Position numbers and translations under genes: made by a program. 64,000 nucleotides of DNA, from positions 160,001 to 224,000 of the forward strand of contig JBBCJC010000003.1 of NCBI GenBank assembly GCA_037189525.1. The letters are read 5' to 3'. This stretch comes from Gemmatimonadales bacterium. GTDB lineage: Bacteria > Gemmatimonadota > Gemmatimonadetes > Gemmatimonadales > GWC2-71-9. A model generated the notes under the pieces. That model was not told the origin of the DNA. It made no database searches and was given only the letters and a program-made list of their open reading frames with translations. Below are positions 1 to 9,805 of this stretch, piece by piece; position 1 is the first letter of the stretch; each line of letters begins with the position of its first letter.

Positions 1-2
1 AT

Positions 3-2165
3 GACGACTGCCTGACCTGGCAGGAGAAGGCCAATCTGTGCCAGGTTGCGCAGCGCCATGAACTCGATCTGCTCAACGATCCGTCGACCTCGCCGTTCAC
101 CACCGGGTTTCGGCAGCAGGCCGGCGTGAGTCTCTCCGGCGGTTCCGAGGCCATCCGCTACTTCGTCTCGGCGGAGCAGGAAAGCGAAACCGGCGTGCTC
201 AAGCTTGGCAACGTCGAGGCCGACTTTGCCGTCGGTCTGCGTGGGTTGGCAAATCGGAGCGATTTGCCGACCGAGCAGGTCCGTCCGAATCACTTCGACA
301 AGTACAATTTCCGGGTCAACCTGAACGCGAGTCCGCGGAGCAACCTGGACGTCGCGCTGTCGTCGGGGTATGTGATCAACAACATCCGTCTCCCGCAGAC
401 GGGCGACAACTTCCAGTCGATGATCGGGTCTGCGCTCTTCGGCTCGGCCAACCCGGCCATCGTGGCTCAGACGGGCGGGTACGGGTTCTCGCGTCCCGCG
501 TATGCGATCGGCGAAGAGAGCTACCGGAAGAACGACCACTTCATCAACTCTGTGGTGCTCAACTGGCGCCCGGTCTCGTGGCTTTCGACGCGCGGCACCT
601 TCGGGATCGACTACCTCAACTACGTCGACGAGCAGAACGTGCTGGCCGGGCAGGGCTGCCTCACCTGCGGCACCGAGAACCAGGGCAAGCGGATGTTCAA
701 CCGGTTCATCGATACCAAGTACACGATGGACCTGAACGCCACGGCCCAGTGGGCATTGAGCTCGCAGATCGGCTCCAAGACGTCCGTGGGTCTGCAGTTC
801 AACCGCGACAAGCTCTTCGGGGTGCAGGCCCAGGCCGACATCCTGCCGCCAGGCATCATCTCGCTCTCGGCCGGCGCGCAGAAGACGCTGACCGAGCTCA
901 CGGTGGACGTCATTACCCTCGGCTCGTACATCGAACAGCAGTTCGGCTTCAATGATCGGTTGTTCGTGACCGGCGCCCTCCGTATCGATGACAACAGCGC
1001 GTTCGGTCAGGCCTCCCGGTCGGCGTACTATCCCAAGGTGTCCGCGTCCTGGGTGGCGCTGGATGGCGCATCCGGATTCGTCAACAACATCCGGTTCCGG
1101 GGCGCCTACGGCGCGACCGGTCAGTCGCCGCGGCCGCTCGACGCGCTGGTCTATCAGCTGCCGGTTGCGGCCAGCATCTTCGGATCGGCCTCGCTGCCTG
1201 GCGTGACGCTGGGCGGGCTCGGTGATCCCAGCTTGAAGCCGGAACGTTCTCGCGAGATCGAGGCGGGCTTCGACATCGGCCTGCTCGACAGCCGCTTGAA
1301 CCTGGAAGTCACGCTCTACGACAAGAAGACCACCGACGCGATGGTGCTGCGGACTCAGCCCTACTCCTTGGGTGACGTCGGCCAGCGCCTCGAGAACGTC
1401 GGCATCGTGAGCAACAAGGGCATCGAGGTGTCGGTCAACACGCGTGTCATCGACTCCCGCAGCCTCACCTGGGATCTGCAGCTCGAGGCCGCTGGCAACA
1501 AGAACCGCCTGGTGGAACTGGCCGAAGGCGTGCCGCCGATCACCGGCTTCGGATTCCAGAACATTCCGGACTATCCGATGTTCGGACTCTGGTGGCCGGC
1601 GCTGGAGAGCTTCTCCGACGCCAACAACGATGGCGCGATCAGCCCGGACGAAGTCGTGGTGGGGTCGGATCTGGCCTTCCACGGATCCACGGTGCCGACG
1701 CGGACCCTGGCGGTCAATCAGAGCCTGGGCCTGTTCAATAACAAGCTTCGGATCGGTGCGCAGCTCGACTACCGGGGCGGCTTCGTGACGCACAACGTCA
1801 ACAACCTTTTCCAGTGCGCCTTCCAGGTCAATTGCCGTGAGCTGCATGACCCGAATGCGACGCTGGCGGAGCAGGCGGCGGCGGTCGCGGGTGCGCGCGC
1901 CTTCGGTGCGTATGCCCAGAACGGCGAGCACATTCGGCTCCGGGAAGCGTCGGTGACGTACACGCTCTCGAGCGCCTTCGCGCGCTCCTTCGGAGCCAAG
2001 GCGGCCAACGTCACGTTGACCGGCCGTAACCTCTGGCTCAAGAAGTACGGGTTCACGAGTTGGGATCCGGAAAACGTGACGCAATCCAACGATGCGGCGA
2101 ACTACAACTTCTCGGTGCAGCCTCAGCCGGTGGTTGGCATCCTGCGCGTCAACCTGACTTTCTGA
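3..2165 (+). CDS. SusC/RagA-family TonB-dependent outer-membrane transporter (SusC-1), 5'-truncated
   Basis: Frame is open from the window edge (DDCLTWQEK...). Barrel motifs RIDDNSAFG, YYPKVSASW, LKPERSREIEAGFD, LREASVTY; C-terminal Phe (VNLTF); followed by a SusD-like lipoprotein. Confidence 0.93.
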   Translation, partial: DDCLTWQEKANLCQVAQRHELDLLNDPSTSPFTTGFRQQAGVSLSGGSEAIRYFVSAEQESETGVLKLGNVEADFAVGLRGLANRSDLPTEQVRPNHFDKYNFRVNLNASPRSNLDVALSSGYVINNIRLPQTGDNFQSMIGSALFGSANPAIVAQTGGYGFSRPAYAIGEESYRKNDHFINSVVLNWRPVSWLSTRGTFGIDYLNYVDEQNVLAGQGCLTCGTENQGKRMFNRFIDTKYTMDLNATAQWALSSQIGSKTSVGLQFNRDKLFGVQAQADILPPGIISLSAGAQKTLTELTVDVITLGSYIEQQFGFNDRLFVTGALRIDDNSAFGQASRSAYYPKVSASWVALDGASGFVNNIRFRGAYGATGQSPRPLDALVYQLPVAASIFGSASLPGVTLGGLGDPSLKPERSREIEAGFDIGLLDSRLNLEVTLYDKKTTDAMVLRTQPYSLGDVGQRLENVGIVSNKGIEVSVNTRVIDSRSLTWDLQLEAAGNKNRLVELAEGVPPITGFGFQNIPDYPMFGLWWPALESFSDANNDGAISPDEVVVGSDLAFHGSTVPTRTLAVNQSLGLFNNKLRIGAQLDYRGGFVTHNVNNLFQCAFQVNCRELHDPNATLAEQAAAVAGARAFGAYAQNGEHIRLREASVTYTLSSAFARSFGAKAANVTLTGRNLWLKKYGFTSWDPENVTQSNDAANYNFSVQPQPVVGILRVNLTF

Positions 2166-2191
2166 TGACTCCGGCTCAAAAGGAAACTTCT

Positions 2192-3526
2192 ATGACGAAT
2201 TCGTCCCCGAGCTGGGCCCGTGCCGCGAGAACGTCGCTGCTCGTCGTCGGTATGCTGGCCGCGTGCTCCAAAAATGATATTCTGACCCCCGATACGCCGG
2301 ATGTGGTTCCTCCGGGGCTCTTGCCGAGCACGCCGGAGGGTCTGACCGCGCTGCACGCGGGCGCCGTTTCGGACTTGGTCGTGGCATCGACCGGTGCGAC
2401 GGGTGTGGTGATTTATTCCGGACTGTTCACCGATGAGCTGATGCACGCCAGCACGCCTCCGGCCGTGCGGGAGTGGGATCTGCGCTCGGTACTGAATACC
2501 AACACGGTGGCCACCGCCACCAACACCAACAACCCGTTGTCGCCGGGAGGTCCGTTCCTTGGTCTCCAGAGGGCGCGGGCGGCTCTCGAGGCCGCGGCCG
2601 TCCTGCTGCCCGCCACCGACCCCCGGAAGGGTGAGCTGCACGCGTTGGCCGGTTTGAGCTACATCTTCCTGGGCGAACTCTGGTGCTCGGGAACGCCGGT
2701 CTCGAATCGCGAGCCGCTGGAGTTGGGGGCGCCGCTCAGCACCACGGAGCTCTTCAACCGGAGTCTCACGCATCTCACCAGCGCGGCTGCGAGCACCGGC
2801 GGCGACGCGCGCATCACGCACCTGACCGCGGTCCTCCGGGGCCGGACCCTTCTGAATCTGGGCCAGTACGCCGCGGCGGGCACGGCTGTCGCTGGGGTGC
2901 CGACGGAATACTCGTATGAGTTCGTCCATGCGATTCCTCCGGGCCGGCAGACCAACGAGATCCAGCTCAATACGGCGAGCGACATCTACTCGGTCCCGGA
3001 CCGCGAAGGCACCAACGGTCTCAACTTCGCGAGCGCAGCCGATCCGCGGGTGCCCGTCCGGAGCACCGGTCCATCGCGCAACGATGGTGTGACGCCGATG
3101 GTCGTCGCGATGAAGTACCCGACCCGCGCCTCGGCCGTTGCGATGGTGACCGGCGTCGAAGCGCGGATGATCGAGGCGGAGGCCGCCCTTCGGGCCGGGT
3201 CTCCCGTGACCTGGCTCCAGAAGCTGAACGACGCGCGTGCCACGGTGGACGGTCTCGATCCGCTTACCGATCCCGGCAGCGAGACCGCCCGGGTCGACCT
3301 GATGTTCCGCGAGCGGGCCTTCTGGTTCTATCTGACGGCGCATCGTCTCGGCGATCTCCGCCGCCTGGTGCGCCAGTATGGCCGGGGCATCGAGTCGGTC
3401 TATCCGACCGGTGCGTACCACAAGCAGGGCCTGACGCGCGGAACGCAGGCCACGCTGATCGTGCCGCAGACGGAAGAGAACAATCCGAACTTCGACGCGG
3501 CTGCGTGCCTGGTCAATCAGGCTTGA
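2192..3526 (+). CDS. SusD/RagB-family lipoprotein (SusD-1)
   Basis: AAGGA upstream of ATG 2192; lipobox LAAC; EARMIEAEAAL and FRERAFWFYLTAHRLGDLRR SusD motifs. Confidence 0.9.
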   Translation: MTNSSPSWARAARTSLLVVGMLAACSKNDILTPDTPDVVPPGLLPSTPEGLTALHAGAVSDLVVASTGATGVVIYSGLFTDELMHASTPPAVREWDLRSVLNTNTVATATNTNNPLSPGGPFLGLQRARAALEAAAVLLPATDPRKGELHALAGLSYIFLGELWCSGTPVSNREPLELGAPLSTTELFNRSLTHLTSAAASTGGDARITHLTAVLRGRTLLNLGQYAAAGTAVAGVPTEYSYEFVHAIPPGRQTNEIQLNTASDIYSVPDREGTNGLNFASAADPRVPVRSTGPSRNDGVTPMVVAMKYPTRASAVAMVTGVEARMIEAEAALRAGSPVTWLQKLNDARATVDGLDPLTDPGSETARVDLMFRERAFWFYLTAHRLGDLRRLVRQYGRGIESVYPTGAYHKQGLTRGTQATLIVPQTEENNPNFDAAACLVNQA

Positions 3527-3544
3527 TGCTTTGAGATTTGGGCA

Positions 3545-3585
3545 CGGGGGCGGCGAGGAATCCATCGCCGCTCCCGCGTCCTTTT
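3545..3585 (+). terminator. Probable intrinsic terminator after susD-1
   Basis: CGGGGGCGGCGA...TCGCCGCTCCCG stem followed shortly by TTTT. Confidence 0.55.
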
Positions 3586-3723
3586 CCGGCGGGTGTCCGA
3601 GTCGGTGTTACTCCCGGACAGAAGCTGCGCGGCAGGCGGATGCTGCCAGCGTGCGCGCTTCGGAGTCCGGATGGTGAATCTGATGGGAATGTGGAGGAAT
3701 ACGTAATGGTCAGGAGTGGGTCG

Positions 3724-4926
3724 ATGCGACGTATCCGCTGTCTGGTGGCCCTGGGATTGGCGATGCCGGTGTTGGCATCGGCGCAGACCGGTGAAACGAT
3801 TCTGGTCCGTGGGGGCACGATTCACACCGCGGCGGGCGCCCCGATTCGTAACGGCAGCGTTCTGATTCGCGACGGCAAGATCGTGGCAATCGGGACCAAC
3901 GTGTCGGCGCCGAGCGGTGCGCGGATCGTCGATGCCTCGGGCAAGGTCGTGGTGCCGGGAATGATCGACAATCATTCGCACATCGGCGCGAAGGTGTCCG
4001 ACCTGAACGACTCCCCGATGCTGATTGGTCCGCAGCATCGGTTCCTCGACGTGCTCGACTGGAACGATTCGGAGTTTGCCAATGCGGTGTCGGGCGGTGT
4101 CACCACCATCGTGACCGGACCGGGCAGCGGCGAGAACGTGAGCGGCATGGCGGTCGTCATCAAGACGTTCGGTGAGGACCTGGCCAAACGGATGCTGCTC
4201 GAGAAGGGCGGGATGAAGTTCGCGATGGGACCGAAGGGCCGGGATCGGTATCCCGGGACCGGGATGGGGGTCGCGGCCAATCTGCGGCAATATCTGATCA
4301 AGACGCAGGAGTACCTGGCGGGCCAGAAGAAGTGGGTCGACGATGGCCGCAAAGGCAATCCTCCCGCGCGCGACCTGGCCTACGAGGGGATGGGGCTGGT
4401 TCTCGATCGCACCACCTATGTCCGGTCGCATGTTCATTCAGCCACCGATGTCGCGACCATTCTCCGGCTCAAGGATGAGTTCGGGTTCGACCTGACCCTC
4501 CATCATTCGACCGAGGCGTACAAGCTCGCGCCCGAGTTGGCCAGGCGGAATGTCTCCGCCGTGGTGCTGCCGCTCGGCCCGCGGATCGGCGTGACGGACG
4601 ACGCGCTGAACGGGATCTACGAGTTGTGGAAGGCCGGCGTCAAAATCGCGATGCACACCGATGCGCCGGTGATCAATCAGAAGTGGCTCCGGCTCTGCGC
4701 AGCCATCGCGATGCGGTACGGCATCCCCGAAGACGAAGCGCTCAAGATGGTGACCCTCAATGCGGCCGAGATTGCCCGGGTGGGTGATCGGGTCGGCAGT
4801 CTGGAAGTCGGCAAGGACGGCGACCTCGTGATCATGAACGGGCCGTGGTACGAGCCGGCCTCGCGGATCGATCTGGTCGTCGGCGACGGACGGGTCATCT
4901 ACGATCGCAGCGCGGAGGGCAAGTAA
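3724..4926 (+). CDS. Secreted metal-dependent amidohydrolase
   Basis: AGGAG before ATG 3724 (3706 is an alternative start); signal peptide; PGMIDNHSH, HVHS, HHST, HTD metal ligands; GSLEVGKDGDLV tail. Confidence 0.88.
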   Translation: MRRIRCLVALGLAMPVLASAQTGETILVRGGTIHTAAGAPIRNGSVLIRDGKIVAIGTNVSAPSGARIVDASGKVVVPGMIDNHSHIGAKVSDLNDSPMLIGPQHRFLDVLDWNDSEFANAVSGGVTTIVTGPGSGENVSGMAVVIKTFGEDLAKRMLLEKGGMKFAMGPKGRDRYPGTGMGVAANLRQYLIKTQEYLAGQKKWVDDGRKGNPPARDLAYEGMGLVLDRTTYVRSHVHSATDVATILRLKDEFGFDLTLHHSTEAYKLAPELARRNVSAVVLPLGPRIGVTDDALNGIYELWKAGVKIAMHTDAPVINQKWLRLCAAIAMRYGIPEDEALKMVTLNAAEIARVGDRVGSLEVGKDGDLVIMNGPWYEPASRIDLVVGDGRVIYDRSAEGK

Positions 4927-4937
4927 CCGTGAAGACC

Positions 4938-6206
4938 ATGACAGTGAAAATGCTGGGTGGCGCGGCGGTCGCGGCGGTGCTGATCGTCGGGCATGCCGGT
5001 GCGCAGGAACGGCCGGTGGCCATCCGTGGCGGCACCGTGGTACCGGTGAGCGGCCCCAATATTCCCAACGGAACGGTCGTGCTTCACCGCGGCAAGATCG
5101 TGGCGGTCGGCGCCAATGTGACCGTGCCGTCCGGTGCGCAGATCGTCGACGCCAAGGGGCAGTACGTGTTGCCGGGCCTGGTCGACGCGATGTCGAATCT
5201 CGGCTTCGACGGCGGCGATCTCAACGAGATGGGCGACCCGATGACTCCGCAGAATCGGGCCTGGGAAGGGTACAACCCGTTCGGCACGTTCGGAGCGGGG
5301 CAGCGGCAGCCGCTCCGGAACCGTGAAGCGCTGTCGGGCGGGGTGACGACGATGTACATCGCGCCGGCGGATGCGCAGCTGATCGGCGGGCAGGGCGCCG
5401 TGGTCAAGACGGCGGCAGCCATGCACGACAGCCTGCGGGTGCGCGAGCCGGCGGCCATGGACATGACGCTGGGCACGCCGCCCAAGACGGTGGCGCGGGC
5501 GCGGAATCGGGCGCCGTACACCCGGATGTCGGAAGTGGCGATGATCCGGCAGATCCTGGTCCGGGCGCAGGAGTATCAGCGCAACAAGGAGCAGAACCCG
5601 TCGTTGCCGAAGGATCTCGGTCTCGAGGCACTCGGCCGGTTGCTTCGTAAAGAGATGCCGGCACGCATCCAGGCAAACAGCCCGACGGATATTCGCGCCG
5701 CGCTCCGTTTGGCGGAGGAGTTCGGGATCGACGTGGTGATCGACGGCGGGGCGGGCGCGCTCGAGGTCAAGGCAGAGCTGGCGTCGCGCAAGGTCCCCGT
5801 GGTGCTGGGACAGGTGTCGCATCCGTACGTGAGCAACGAGGAAATTCCGGATAAGACGGACTATCCTGAGCCGGACGAAGCGCTGGCTGCCAAGCTGACC
5901 GAGGCCGGTGTCACGACGGCCTTCGGAACCTTCTCGCGCGCCTTCGGGACCCTGGCGCCGGCGGGAACGGGCAAGTGGCTGCTGATGGATGCGGGAATCG
6001 CAGTCGGGTACGGGTTGACGGAAGCGCAGGTTCTGCGCGGCGTGACGTTGACCCCGGCGGAAATTCTCGGCGTGGCGGATCGGGTCGGCTCGCTCGAGGC
6101 GGGCAAGGATGCGGACGTGATCCTGCTCGACGGGCCGCCGCTCAGTGTGAAGACCTGGGTGCGAAAGGCCTATGTCGGCGGTGAGCTCGTCTACGACAAG
6201 CCCTGA
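4938..6206 (+). CDS. Secreted amidohydrolase-fold protein with degenerate metal site
   Basis: Paralog of the upstream gene (GGVTT, GSLEAGKDADV), but PGLVDAMSN replaces the HxH motif; signal peptide; GTG 4929 is an alternative start. Confidence 0.85.
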   Translation: MTVKMLGGAAVAAVLIVGHAGAQERPVAIRGGTVVPVSGPNIPNGTVVLHRGKIVAVGANVTVPSGAQIVDAKGQYVLPGLVDAMSNLGFDGGDLNEMGDPMTPQNRAWEGYNPFGTFGAGQRQPLRNREALSGGVTTMYIAPADAQLIGGQGAVVKTAAAMHDSLRVREPAAMDMTLGTPPKTVARARNRAPYTRMSEVAMIRQILVRAQEYQRNKEQNPSLPKDLGLEALGRLLRKEMPARIQANSPTDIRAALRLAEEFGIDVVIDGGAGALEVKAELASRKVPVVLGQVSHPYVSNEEIPDKTDYPEPDEALAAKLTEAGVTTAFGTFSRAFGTLAPAGTGKWLLMDAGIAVGYGLTEAQVLRGVTLTPAEILGVADRVGSLEAGKDADVILLDGPPLSVKTWVRKAYVGGELVYDKP

Positions 6207-6375
6207 GTCGGGTACAGGGTTGCTTTTCGGGCGCAGGAGGGGCGCTGCGCCCGGGATGCCGGCGGTCTCTGCTCTGTCGAGGCTTCTTTGGTACGGACCA
6301 ATGAGCGCAATGGTTGCACCAATCAGGGCAGGTCGAGAGCTCATGGCAGGAAAAAGTCGACGAAAATGCCAGTTG

Positions 6376-6415
6376 CCTCTTGCCTCAAAACAGAATGTTC
6401 ACAAAATTGTATCCA
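6376..6415 (+). promoter_or_regulatory. Putative promoter/operator upstream of susC-2
   Basis: CCTCTTG-N13-TGTTCACAAAATTGTATCCA, an imperfect palindrome that recurs with identical spacing at 11474-11513. Confidence 0.6.
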
Positions 6416-6759
6416 CTTCGATGCAATCTCTCAGCATCGGTTCCTGCTCTTCGTTGCGATGGCGTATCGCTCGGGAATGCCAGGTGGCATAGTCGATCGA
6501 TTGATACAATGACCTCCGGTACCGCCGGGCATTTTCCAATGCGTGCTCAGCAGGCTGGTCATGGTTGCAGTTCTAAACATCGAGTGCCCATCTTCGTGCC
6601 TGGTCAGGTCCAGAGGCCAAGGACAAAGTGATCTGAAGTAGTCCCCATTTTCGGCTCTTGTTTCGACCCGGCAGTCCCGCGGTCGTCGTATTGAGTAGTC
6701 ACAGTCAGTACTTGAGTTCGAGTCGTTCCTGTTCGTCACAATTCGGGAGGGTGGTGCTC

Positions 6760-9700
6760 ATGCTCTTCAGTTCGTTGAGAGCATCCTGTCGCGGTATGCC
6801 GCGGCGGATGATGCTCGGTGTGGCGTTGGTTGCGCTGGCATCCTGGCAACCGGCGGCACTCACGGCGCAGGCCAATACAATTGCAGGAACAGTGACGGAT
6901 GGAAAGACGGGACGTCCGTTGGCCGAAGCACTGGTCCGCGGGGGGACTGCGTCGGCTCGTACCAACGCGGCAGGCCGCTTTACGCTGAGCGGTCTTTCCG
7001 GAGCCAGTGTCGAGCTCACGGTCACCCGAATCGGGTATCAGCCGTTGACCCAGTCTGTCCGTGTCGGCGCAATGGATGTGTCGTTGGCGCTGACCGAAAC
7101 GGCGCTTCGTCTCGATGAAGTCGTGGTGACGGGTGCGGCCGCGGAAACCCAGAAGCGGTCCCTCGGTAATGCTGTTGGACAGCTCGACCTCGCGGCGACG
7201 CAGCTGGCTGCGCCGACCCAGCGGATTCAAGAGGCGCTGTCTGTCTCGGTCCCTGGCCTTCAGATTCAGCGGGCCAGTGGCCAGGTGGGCACCGGTGCTA
7301 CGACGCGAATCCGTGGCGTCGGCTCGCTCAGCTTGAGCGCGGAACCGATCGTCTTCATCGATGGGGTCCGGGCCGACAACCGCTCGGGATCGACCAGCCT
7401 GGGTTTCTGGGGCACTGACAAGCCGAGCCGGATCAACGACATCGATCCGAACGACATCGAGTCGATCCAGGTCCTCAAGGGACCGTCGGCTGCCACGCTC
7501 TATGGCACCGAAGCCTCCAATGGTGTGATCCAGATCATCACCAAGCGGGGCGCGGCTGGTCGGGCGTCGTGGTCGGTTGATGGCCGCGCTGGCGCCAACT
7601 GGCTGCCGAGCCCCGAAAAGGTCTACGAGGGGATCTGGTATCGTGACGCGGCCGATCAGATTCAGTACGTGAACCTGATCGAGAACGACATTGCCCGGGG
7701 CTTCGGCAGCCCGTTTTCAACCGGGCAGGCCCTCGGCGGGACCATGTCCGTGTCCGGCGGTTCGGACGCCGTCCGCTATTTCTTCAGCGGGTCCTATGAT
7801 CGCAACGAGGGCATCGTCAGCTACAACTGGATGAACAAGCTCAACGGTGTCGGTAACCTGAGCTACTCTGCCGGAGAGAAGTTCAAAGCCGACCTGAATA
7901 TCGGCTTTACCCGCTCCAAGGTTCGTTCGGCGTCGGCGACGCAGCCGGTGACGACCTACCTGGTCTGGGGCTGCCCGAGCAACTCGTGCCGTGCCGGTTC
8001 GGGTCTTGCCGCCAACGAACCGGGCCGTGCCTACCTGTCGGGTGTCTTGCCGGAAGACTTCGATCCGCTCGAAGGGTACGACGAGGTCGATCGCAGCCGC
8101 TTGGGCCTGACCCTCAACCATCGCCCGTTCACCTGGCTCAACCACCGGCTCGTGCTTGGTGGTGACTTCACCAACAATCCGTCGTCGATCTACTTCCCGC
8201 GCGGCAGCGCCAAGTTCGGCCAGGCCGGTGGCATCAAGCAGGAGCGGCTCGACCGGAGCACCTTCGTGACCGCGGACTACTCGGCGAATGCCACGGCCTC
8301 GGTCGGCGCCAACCTTGTCAGTCAGACCTCGGCAGGTGTGCAGTACTACACCAAGCGGTACGAGCAAATTCAGGCCAACGGTCAAGGGTTCCCCGTCGTC
8401 GGCGTCAACACGGTCAGCGGCGGCGGCGTCCGTGAAGGGTTCGAGAACCCGAATTTCAACTTCGAGAACAAGACCCTCGGCGTTTACGTTCAGGAGCAGC
8501 TCTCCTGGAAGAACCGCCTGTTCATCACGGGCGCGGTCCGCGGCGACGACAACAGCTCCTTCGGAACCAACTTCGACTTCGTGGTCTATCCCAAGGTCAG
8601 CCTGGCGTGGGTGATCTCGGAAGAGCCGTTCTTCGCGAACTCCTCGTTCCTGTCCACCCTCAAGCTGCGCGGCGCCTGGGGTAAGGCCGGGCAGCAGCCG
8701 GACGTCTTTGCAGCGGTGCAAACCTACGGCCCGTCGGTGGGTGCCGGTGGCAATCCGACGGTCACCCCGCTCAACGTCGGTAATCCGGACCTCAAGCCGG
8801 AAGTCAGCCGTGAAATCGAGGCTGGTCTCGACGCCAGCTTGTTCAGCGATCGGATGAGCCTCGAGTTCACCTATTACAACAAGGTGACGACGGATGGTAT
8901 CCTGTCGGCGCCGGTGTCGCCTTCGGGCGGTTTCCCGGGCAACCAGTTCATCAACGTCGGCCAGTTCAGCAACAAGGGTATCGAGATCGCGGTAGACGGC
9001 TCGGTCATCAACGGCCAGGACTTCAAGCTCAACCTGCGCGGGTCGATCGCGAAGAACACCAACAAGATCGATGATCTGGGCCAAGCGGTTCCGCTAGTTC
9101 AGAACGCCCAGCTCGGGACCTATCATGTGTCCGGCTTCCCGATCGGTGGGCAGTTCTTCAAGAAGCCGGTCTCGGCCGATTTGAACGCTGCCGGTCAGGC
9201 CATCAACGTGATGTGCGAGGGCGGCACCGATTTCGGCAACGGCGACGGCTCGGTGGTTCCGTGCGCCACGGCGCCGAACTTGTACTGGGGCCCGTCGACG
9301 CCGACGCTGCTGTCGTCGATCAGCGCGGACGTTCAGTGGCGCCGGTTCCGGCTGGTCGGTGTGGCTGAGTTCCAGAGCGGTCAGATGTACCTGGACGGCA
9401 ATCTCGCCGCCTCCCACACCTTCTTCTTCAACTCGCTTGCCGGTGCGGAGCGAACGGACCCGATCCTCGTGGCCTACCAGAGCGGCGCGTTGGCATCGCA
9501 GAACTTTGCCTCGGGCATGATGAAGGGCGGTTTCGGCAAGCTCCGTAATGTGTCGCTGACGTATGACATGCCGCGGGGTGTTGCGGCGCTGGTCGGCGCC
9601 GCGGGCGGTTCGGTGACGCTGACCGGATCGAACCTGGCAACGTTGTGGCGTGCGCAGCGGGGAACCTTCGGCGGGAAGGTGGTCGATCCTGAAGTCCGCC

Positions 9701-9789
9701 GGAACACGGGTGACCTGTTTATCGCGTTCAACCAGGAGGCCTGGCCGCAGTATACCAGCTTTCTTGCCACCGTCCGGCTTTCGTTCTGA
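6760..9789 (+). CDS. SusC/RagA-family TonB-dependent transporter (SusC-2)
   Basis: GGGAGG SD; signal peptide; N-terminal carboxypeptidase-regulatory-like domain; TonB box LDEVVVTG; plug signature DIESIQVLKGPSAATLYGTEASNGVIQIITKRG; C-terminal VRLSF. Confidence 0.95.
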   Translation: MLFSSLRASCRGMPRRMMLGVALVALASWQPAALTAQANTIAGTVTDGKTGRPLAEALVRGGTASARTNAAGRFTLSGLSGASVELTVTRIGYQPLTQSVRVGAMDVSLALTETALRLDEVVVTGAAAETQKRSLGNAVGQLDLAATQLAAPTQRIQEALSVSVPGLQIQRASGQVGTGATTRIRGVGSLSLSAEPIVFIDGVRADNRSGSTSLGFWGTDKPSRINDIDPNDIESIQVLKGPSAATLYGTEASNGVIQIITKRGAAGRASWSVDGRAGANWLPSPEKVYEGIWYRDAADQIQYVNLIENDIARGFGSPFSTGQALGGTMSVSGGSDAVRYFFSGSYDRNEGIVSYNWMNKLNGVGNLSYSAGEKFKADLNIGFTRSKVRSASATQPVTTYLVWGCPSNSCRAGSGLAANEPGRAYLSGVLPEDFDPLEGYDEVDRSRLGLTLNHRPFTWLNHRLVLGGDFTNNPSSIYFPRGSAKFGQAGGIKQERLDRSTFVTADYSANATASVGANLVSQTSAGVQYYTKRYEQIQANGQGFPVVGVNTVSGGGVREGFENPNFNFENKTLGVYVQEQLSWKNRLFITGAVRGDDNSSFGTNFDFVVYPKVSLAWVISEEPFFANSSFLSTLKLRGAWGKAGQQPDVFAAVQTYGPSVGAGGNPTVTPLNVGNPDLKPEVSREIEAGLDASLFSDRMSLEFTYYNKVTTDGILSAPVSPSGGFPGNQFINVGQFSNKGIEIAVDGSVINGQDFKLNLRGSIAKNTNKIDDLGQAVPLVQNAQLGTYHVSGFPIGGQFFKKPVSADLNAAGQAINVMCEGGTDFGNGDGSVVPCATAPNLYWGPSTPTLLSSISADVQWRRFRLVGVAEFQSGQMYLDGNLAASHTFFFNSLAGAERTDPILVAYQSGALASQNFASGMMKGGFGKLRNVSLTYDMPRGVAALVGAAGGSVTLTGSNLATLWRAQRGTFGGKVVDPEVRRNTGDLFIAFNQEAWPQYTSFLATVRLSF

Positions 9790-9805
9790 AAAGGAAACGT
9801 GCATC

